Origin: Octopus vulgaris
Lineage: Eukaryota
Reading direction: 5' to 3'
DNA: 64,000 bases
NCBI GenBank assembly: GCA_951406725.2
Contig: OX597824.1
Span: 7,812,001-7,876,000, forward strand
The position numbers and the translations under genes were made by a program. Each line of letters starts with the position of its first letter. The first letter of the stretch is position 1. The notes under the pieces are model-generated. The model did not search any database. It worked only from the letters and a program-made list of their open reading frames with translations, and had not been told where the DNA came from. Shown here piece by piece: positions 55,801 to 64,000 of the stretch.

Positions 55801-55940
55801 AAAATTATATTAAAAGATCACATTTCGAAATTGTTTATTAAGAAAGGTTACAAAGTAAATTTATTTACAAGCTTCATATTTTGCTGTTCTTGTTGTTGTC
55901 ATTCTAGTAGCAGCTGTAGATGTTATTGTTGGTGCTGTTG

Positions 55941-56480
55941 TCTTCTTCTTCTTCTTCTTCTTCTTCTTCTTCTTCTTCTTCTTCTTCTTCTTCTTCTTCT
56001 TCTTCTTCTTCTTCTTCTTCTTCTTCTTCTTCTTCTTCTTCTTCTTCTTCTTCCAATCAGGACTCACGCCATTAGCCACAAAGAATAATCTCTAATGCGA
56101 GCCTACTCTAAGCTACTAAGAATGCGTGTGGCAACTTGAAGATCCAACCACCACACGCGATAGACTGGCGGTAGCACGGGCACGAAAGCTACGTTATTAT
56201 TCTCATTCCGTAAACGGTGGCTTTTTTAACGGGTGGAGAGCTGAACCATCCTGGAGTACAGAGGATTCGCAATCTAGACTAGGGTCTGAAAGTTTACCAC
56301 ACCATAGTGGGTTACACCATGGTTCCTCTGCTTTGTGGTAGAAGTAGGAAGAAAGAGTGAGAGAAAGTTGTGGTGCAAGAGTACACCACCAGCCAGAGCC
56401 TCGTGGAGCTTAGGTGCTTTTTTGCTCAATAAACACTCACAATGCCCGGTCTGGGAATCGAAACCGCGAGCCCGCCGTTT
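55941..56480 (-). mobile_element. SINE family C (tail type 3) ending in (GAA)n
   Basis: The family C body at 56345-56480 continues into a unique tail and the (TTC)n at 55941-56053. Confidence 0.65.
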
Positions 56481-57164
56481 ACTAGTTATTTGGTCATTTT
56501 TCGCTTACTAAACGCTTAAAATACGTGCTATCGTCGCCATGTTGATATTATTATTTTGTTTTCTTGCGATTGCAGTCACGCACAAAATGACAGCTTCCAT
56601 ATTCTGTTTTCTGACTGAGTAAAAATGATCAAACTTTAAAGCTCTATACCTCTGTTAAAAATATTTTCTGGAGCAAGTTAATTAGACCATGAGATTCAGC
56701 CTGGAAAATTACATCAATACTCCAAATTTGAAACTTTCAAAATGTGCAACCAAAAAGACAAAAAAAAATTTTAAATCCCTTGCAGGTCTCCTCTCTCCTC
56801 GCCACCAATGGATCCAGTACCGTCGCAGACGTTGCCGCAACAACGCAAAGTTGACACAGATATCACAAGGTATCCTATCTAACCTAAAATTTGATTAAAA
56901 TATGAAATACTGGTAAATTGTTAAGATGTTTCCGAAGACCTGGAGGGATAATCCAACAGACTGCTGGATGGCTTCGGTTCCATAGCGTTAAGCATTAAGA
57001 TGAAAGATAATAATCACTCTGGAAAAGAAGATGTTCTCTCACGGAAACGCCTGGTACTTCATAAGAACAGTTAAGAGTGTGTACTTCCAAGATGTACGAT
57101 GCATCAGTCAGAATAGCAACCAATTTCTTCCAAGTAATACTTCTTACTTAAAAAGTAAGAGAGG

Positions 57165-57223
<59 letters not shown>

Positions 57224-57614
57224 TGAGTAGACAGCTTAGTCCTCGGTCGGTTACTCTATTTCTGAAAAGGAAATGAGGGGATAGTCATGGGGTGAATGCT
57301 TTTGATCGCAGGCCTACTGGATGAAATGGCTGACTTGGGGTTAAATGAAAACAAATATTGACCCAGATGTCTGACGAACCATCTGTTTGGGTGGGGTGAA
57401 CTGTAAACATGTGTAATGGACGATTTTCGGGAGAGAGGCAGAGAGGGAAGAAGGGAAAGGAGAGATGGAAAGGAAAGAAAGATGGAAAAGAAGGAAAGAA
57501 AACAGCAAAGAAATGAGAAAAGAAAGAAAGAAAGAAAGAAAAGAAAGGAAGGAAGAAAGAAAGGAAGGAAGGAAGGAATAGGAGAAAATATATTTAATAT
57601 GGTGCGAAAGAAAA

Positions 57615-57700
<86 letters not shown>

Positions 57701-57720
57701 AAGAAATAAAGAAAGAAATA

Positions 57721-57792
<72 letters not shown>

Positions 57793-58228
57793 GGGGAAAA
57801 TATATTTAATATGGTGCGAAAGAAAGGATTCGCTGTGGGTAGATGATAATTTGTTTTTTTTACTTGTAGGGGCTAGAGGAAGGGGCAATTCCCGTAGCCT
57901 TCGTGAACCGTCAGATATTTGGGTAAGAATGATGTGGTGAGATGATATTGTTGGAGGAAGAATAAAGTTGGAGGAGATAGAAATGGTGTAAAAAGGAGAG
58001 GAGATAAGATGAGAGACTGGGGGATTAAACAGATAAGGGAAGAAGTGAAAGGAAGATGAGCATGGGAAGTGAAGGGTGGGGAAACAGATATAAGGGGATG
58101 AATACATACATATGTACCCGGTGGAGGGATGGAGAGGGTTACAGAGATGTAGTGGTGCTGGTAGGGGAGATAGCTGTAGAAAAATAAAGGACGTGGGCAT
58201 GAAAGGCTCAAGAAAGGAGCATATGCAT

Positions 58229-58452
58229 GGCGAGCTGGCAGACACGTCAGCGCGCCGGGCGAAATGCTCAGCGGTATTTCGTCTGCCGTTACGTTCTGAG
58301 TTCAAATTCCGCCGAGGTCGACTTTGCATTTCATCCTTTCGGGGTCGATAAATTAAGTACCAGTTACGCACTGGGGGTCGATGTAATCGATTTAATCCGT
58401 TTGTCTGTCCTTGTTTGTTCCCTCTGTGTTAAGCCCCTTGTGGGTAGTAAAG

Positions 58453-58455
<3 letters not shown>
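58229..58455 (+). mobile_element. SINE family B
   Basis: ggcgagctggcag...gagttcaaattccgccgaggtcgactttg...gtagtaaagaaata. Confidence 0.85.
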
Positions 58456-58513
<58 letters not shown>

Positions 58514-59279
58514 TGTGAGTCCATGGTGAGAAAGGGAGAATGGTGGTAGAGTGTTGTAGAAATGATAGCAAGAGCAGATAAGAGATAAGAGAAGTTTTAG
58601 TCAGGATGACTCAAGCTAATAGACATGCGCTTTGAGTGCTCAAATTGGGATGCCACTGAAATTCTGCTTTGAACTGCAGTTGAAGATGTGGTTTTGGGAC
58701 CGCTCTTTCTAAAGCGGCTAGAAGTGGCTCCCCTTTCAGTCGGTAGGTATACATTAAGGCAGATGTAACGATAGCTAAGATACTCTAGATAAAGTTGTTA
58801 GAGACTATCTACGCCTTTTATTCTATAGCTAAATTCAATATTTTGTCAAGTCTTGCCAAACTGTTTTGCCTTTTCTTTTCTGCTTTAATCTTGGAGAAGA
58901 TAATTATAGAAAAAATGGCGTGGATATGAAGGGAAAAGTAAAGAGACGTAGGACAAAGAAATGGGCTGAGACAGAAGAAAAGAGGAAGATTTTGAGTAAA
59001 ACATGACTAAAGGAACAATGTTTTAATAAAACGCTTTGAATACTAAATACCAATATAGTAAGGGCCTTTGTTAATTAATGTTGACCCAGAATCTGTGCAT
59101 GCAAGGCCTGGTTAAGATGTTTTTTGAGAAAGACTAGCAGTTGTCTCTCCATACCACCGATATTTATCCAACGAAAAGGGTTCCGATGTAGCTCAATACA
59201 GTTTGGCAAAATGGTTGTCGCAGATGTTGCTATCAGAACGCAAAGAACCATCGACATATATATTCTTTTATCATTTTGT

Positions 59280-59640
59280 TCTTTTATTTGTTTCAGTCAT
59301 TTAACTGCGGCCATGCTGGAGCACCGCCTTTAGTCGAACAAATCGACCCCAGGACTTATTCTTTGTAAGTCTAGTACTTATTCTATCGGTCTCTTTTGCC
59401 GAGCCGATAAGTTACGGGGACGTAAACAAACCAACATCGGTTGTCAAAGCGATGGCGGGGGGACAAACATAGAAACACAAATACATACATATTTTTTCAG
59501 TTTCCATCAACCAAATCCACTCACAAGGCCTTGGTCGGCCCGAGGTATGGTAGAAAACACTCGCCCAAGGTGCCACGCAGTGGGACTGAACCCGGAACCC
59601 TGTGGTTGGAAAGCAAGCTTCATACCACACAACCACGCCT
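59280..59640 (-). mobile_element. SINE family A
   Basis: Homology to other family A copies. Confidence 0.85.
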
Positions 59641-60129
59641 GTGTGTGTATATATATATCGTTCAGCTTCTTGTTCGACACTCTGATATTTTTGCCAATCC
59701 ATCGGCCTTGCTTTTATTTAATCGATCTTGAAAAATCACAAAAGAAAAAATAAGCCGACCTCGGAAGGACTTGAACGCAGAGAGTCGGAAGAAATGCTGT
59801 GTGTGCCATTCTATCCAATGCGTTAACGACTCGGCTAGTTCGCTGACACGGCAAATATGACAGACTGTCACATATCTAATATAGTGAGTTGAAATTCATT
59901 GATAAATTGAGATTATCCATGAAATTATGACAAAATCTCCCCCTAGTGGTGTTAAAAATATCTAAAAACATCAAATTAAAATATATATATAAATTAAAAT
60001 ATATTTTTAAAAAATACGTAGTGTACCTTAGATGAGTAGACAAAGAATCGTATATGTTGTATGGAAAACGAAACTCGGGAGGTGAGTGTGTGTTGTTTTG
60101 CATTTATAATAAAATAAATATATGCAAAT

Positions 60130-60234
60130 TATAAAAATAATTTTAAAAGATATACAGTACGGTACTGTTTCTACTTCGCTGAATTTCACCGGGTGAGTTG
60201 GAACGTAACACCCGCAATAGTCGAGGGATCACTG
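60130..60234 (-). mobile_element. Tigger/pogo-type terminal inverted repeat fragment
   Basis: Minus strand starts CAGTGATCCCTCGACTATTGCGGGTGTTACGTTCC. Confidence 0.5.
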
Positions 60235-60237
60235 CAT

Positions 60238-60299
<62 letters not shown>

Positions 60300-61105
60300 G
60301 GGTTTGTATGATTGTGTATAGAGGGATATATATTATTCAAAGAAATCCCAACTCTGTTTTTTATGTTTTATTTATATTCTTTATAATATCAATGTAGAAT
60401 ATAGAATATATAGTATAAATAATATATATATATATAGTAAAATGAAATGAAGTATTGATTGTCTTATAGAATACATGAAATGTTGAATATAAAATATTAA
60501 GGGACTAGTATACTTTCTTGCATTTAAGCAGTCCTCAAGGTCCCAGGTTACATATATATATATATATATATATATATGTATACACACACACACACACACA
60601 CAAGCATATGCATACATACATGCATGCAGATAGACAGACACATGACAATGAGACAGAGAGAGATAAAGAGAGGGAGAGAGACAGAGAGAGAGACAGAGAG
60701 AGAAGAGACGGAGGGAAAGGGAAGGGAAGGGAGCGAGAGAGGGTGAGTGAGAGCTGAGAGATTCTGTATACATAATTGCATTGGCCAATATTTACATTGT
60801 TTGTGAAGAGCTCTTCAACAAGTGTTGGTTAGGTACGTTCTCCGGAAGAAGGCAATCCACATTGAACATATGTTTGTCGGGAGATAGACAGATGCAGCCA
60901 ATCCAAATGGGTCGGATTATCAGTTCGCAGCACCGAATGAGACTTTCTACAACAATGGCCTCTTTCAAAACAAAACAAAACAAAAAATCTGAAACTGCCT
61001 TCTCGACTACTTATCTATCTATCTATCTATCTATCTATCCATCCATTTTTCTATCTATCAAGCCATCTATCCATCTGTCTATCTATCTGTCTGTCTGTCT
61101 ATCGG

Positions 61106-61151
<46 letters not shown>

Positions 61152-61215
61152 CATCCATTTTTCTATCTATCAAGCCATCTATCTATCTGTCTATCTATCT
61201 GTCTGTCTGTCTATC

Positions 61216-61273
<58 letters not shown>

Positions 61274-61676
61274 CATCTGTCTATCTATCTGTCTGTCTGT
61301 CTGTCTATCGGTCTATCTATCTATCTATCTATCTATCTCTGTATATGTTTGTGTGTCAGAGACAGTGTGTGTGTGCGTGCGTATATGCGTGTGTGTGTGT
61401 GTGTGTGTGTGTGCGTGCGTGTGCATGTGTGTGTGTGTGTTTGAGTTTGTGTTTGTGCGCGCTTGTAAAATATGTGTCCCTGTGTGAAATTGTGTGCATG
61501 AACGATTGTATGTTTATATATACATAAATATTCAGGGATTTTTCCTCTTAAAATACATGTTGCTTCCTTGTTTAACACACACACACACACACACACACAC
61601 GTACACACAAAGAGTGGGAGAGAGAGAACGTGTACGTGCTCCTCTTTTTATTGTCTATGTTGAATTATATCATGCA

Positions 61677-62065
61677 CTAGCAGTATCGCCCGGCGTTGCT
61701 CGGGTTTGTTTCCAGCCTTTAGAATTGGAATTTTTGAAAAGTAAAAATTTTGCATTATGTAGCTTGTTATTCTCTTTAAGTGATCATTTTTCTGGTTGAA
61801 ATACACCGAAAAATGGCGACACAGCAGTCAAAAAATCGTAAAAAGTAGGAGTTTTCATAGAAAAAAAAAAGCACCTTTTTGATGTAAATAATTTTTGGTG
61901 TTAACATGATCCGATTTGAATTTTTTCTTCTACGGAAGGAAGAGCAAGCCTTCTTCTATCATACTCTCAATTTTGGTCAACTTGCACCGCAGGGTCTCGG
62001 AGGAGATAGTGTTAGTTGAAGGCTACCAAACCTGCCATACACAGACAACTTCAGCTTTATATAGA
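61677..62065 (-). mobile_element. Non-autonomous Helitron, both ends present
   Basis: Minus strand: 5' TCTATATAAAG..., 3' hairpin cccgagc-aac-gccggg, then CTAG|T. Confidence 0.85.
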
Positions 62066-62990
62066 GAGAGCGATTAATAGACAATATCGTCTTCGATTGT
62101 AAGCTTCCAAAGTGAAACTATCGGTGAGTTTCTGAATTTCAGGTGAGAATAACAAAAGGTGTTTTTGTAGTCGTCCTTTCAAAGCCTGGATCCCACAAGC
62201 CACGATGGTTATTGTAGCAGTTTCTGGGAATTCGTTTCAGATTCTCAAAATCGAATGCAGAAAATTCTTATTCGGAGTGTATGCTTGGCGTCAAGAGTTG
62301 AGAGGCTGTGTGCAGGTATGAATGCAACCAGTCGTATAAAATGGCGTCTTCCACACAGCATCGCTAAACCTGCTCCGATCTCCGATGAGATTTCAGACGT
62401 CCGTGAGATACAATTTGTGCGCCCTGTAGAACACCGTCGCTGCAGCAATTCGTCTCTTCTGTTGGCATCTGTTGATAAAGAACTGCTTTTTAAAATCTTT
62501 ATATTTATTCAGTAACATCGTTTCTGTCAACTTCATTGAGAAAGATTTTTCGTTGAGACTCAATGAGTTGTAATGTTTTCTGAAACGGTTATTTAACATG
62601 CACAGAAGTACTCCATATTGTTTCAGATTTTTAAACGGTAGCCCTTCCTTTCTTGTTCAGTCTTTCTGTAATATTTCCTACCGACCTAACCTGAACAGTT
62701 ATGCTAGCTATGGCTGCAGTCACAACCTCAACCGTTTCGTCAAAGGTAACCTCCACCAGAGTGCAGTGTACAGTTTGATGAGCGGCTTCTTTTTCTTGAT
62801 AAAACCATAGCCTTATATTTACATAGTTGAAATTTTACTTACCGATCGTCTCCTCTGAGCTTCAGGCTAGCAAAGGTCTTTATTCAAATTAGCCGCGGCT
62901 GCATTATTTTCTTTTGCGATGTTATTGATGCAAAAAGCGTGGTTAACGAAGAGGTGCGGTTTATTTTCACAGTTTTATTAGGTTAGCTGT

Positions 62991-63300
62991 GGGGGCGCAA
63001 TGGCCCAGTGGTTAGGGCAGCGGACTCGCCATCGTAGGATCGCGGTTTCGATTCCCAGACCGGGCGTTGTGAGTGTTTATTGGGCGAAAACACCTAAATC
63101 TTCACGAGGCTCCGGCAGGGGGTGGTGGTGATTCCTGCTGTACTCTTTCACCACAACTTTCTCTCACTCTTTCTTCTGTTGGCCTGCTCATTTAGCCAGC
63201 AGGGTGGCGTCATTTGAAGGCTAAAACAATGCGAAGCGCATTGTGACTAGCGATGTGTAGCAACATCTGATGGCCTGGTCGGTCACGTGATCACGTGATT
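62991..63300 (+). mobile_element. SINE family C (tail type 4)
   Basis: gggggcgcaatggcccagtggttagggcagcggactcg...gtttcgattccc; flanked by ttaggttagct on both sides (candidate target-site duplication). Confidence 0.88.
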
Positions 63301-63424
63301 AGGTTAGCTATAAAGATTAAGGACACACAACGCCCAAGTATTGATACTAACAGGACTGACGGATTGATGAATGATTAACCAGAGTGTTGATCGAAATAAT
63401 ATATAATATAATATATATAATAAT

Positions 63425-63700
63425 ATAATGAAATTATTGTATACAGTGCTCAGGTGCACCACAACTTGTCAGAAAGTGCATATAAAAAAGTATATGCAGT
63501 AATGTAAAAATGTCTGGAAAGCGAACAATGTATGAGTCAGATACATGCTTGTGTGTGTATGGAGGGGAGAAAATCAGGTGTAGTGTTGGCGAATTTCAGA
63601 AAGCATGGAAGTTTTGAAGGATGCAGTGCTCCGACAACTAACAACTGATGCCGGCAGTTTGTTCCATGCTTCAGCAACTCTCAGCGTGAAAAAATGTTTG
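63425..63700 (-). mobile_element. CR1-clade LINE 3' end
   Basis: HFFTLRVAEAWNKLPASVV...SFK C-terminal motif plus 3' UTR ending in an ATT-rich tail. Confidence 0.82.
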
Positions 63701-64000
63701 TGACCTAATAGTGACCTTTTATAGAATCTTTTTTTCCTAAAGCCTATTTCTATGACTGGACAGGTTTCTCGGTGAAAAGAGAAATTTAACACAGTTTCGG
63801 ACGGTACAAAGTACGCAGATTGCGTTTAAGTTCAATATGCAGGATCAAAATTATGGAGGATGTACTTTGATCAGTCTTTGGGGTGAATGTCCTGACAGTT
63901 TACTCTGGCGATGTTCTGAAGACTCTGGCGATGTTCAGTTCAGAAGACGGTGGTGCGTTGTGACACAATGATCATTCTTAATGAGTTCACGGGAATCAGA

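Noticed and set aside
62991-63065. tRNA gene (also other SINE heads)
   Set aside because: A and B boxes are present but there is no complete cloverleaf, and each runs into a repeated SINE body.

Overview
Repeat-rich animal genomic DNA, most likely an octopus (inferred from the SINE families and microsatellite load, not checked against a database). The only clear host gene is a + strand SLC22/MFS organic-ion transporter. It has 9 phase-compatible GT-AG exons from 267 to 29614 encoding about 514 aa, and its first exon lies upstream of the window. The rest is microsatellites, tRNA-derived SINEs, decayed LINEs (Tx1-like, R4/Dong-like, RTE, CR1), DNA transposons (Tc1/mariner, pogo) and Helitron/Helentron elements. 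The most notable signal is about 11 minimal type-I hammerhead ribozyme motifs of the Penelope-like (PLE) kind. Four of them sit in a 671-bp tandem unit at 38.1-39.2 kb that folds back on itself and carries ribozymes on both strands, a retrozyme-like design. Other points are R4/Dong-like LINE 3' ends tied to the large (CATA)n arrays, a Helentron pair with a shared extra 3' segment, and one SINE head with four different tails. Nearly all long ORFs in the supplied track are microsatellite artefacts. Repeat boundaries are approximate.
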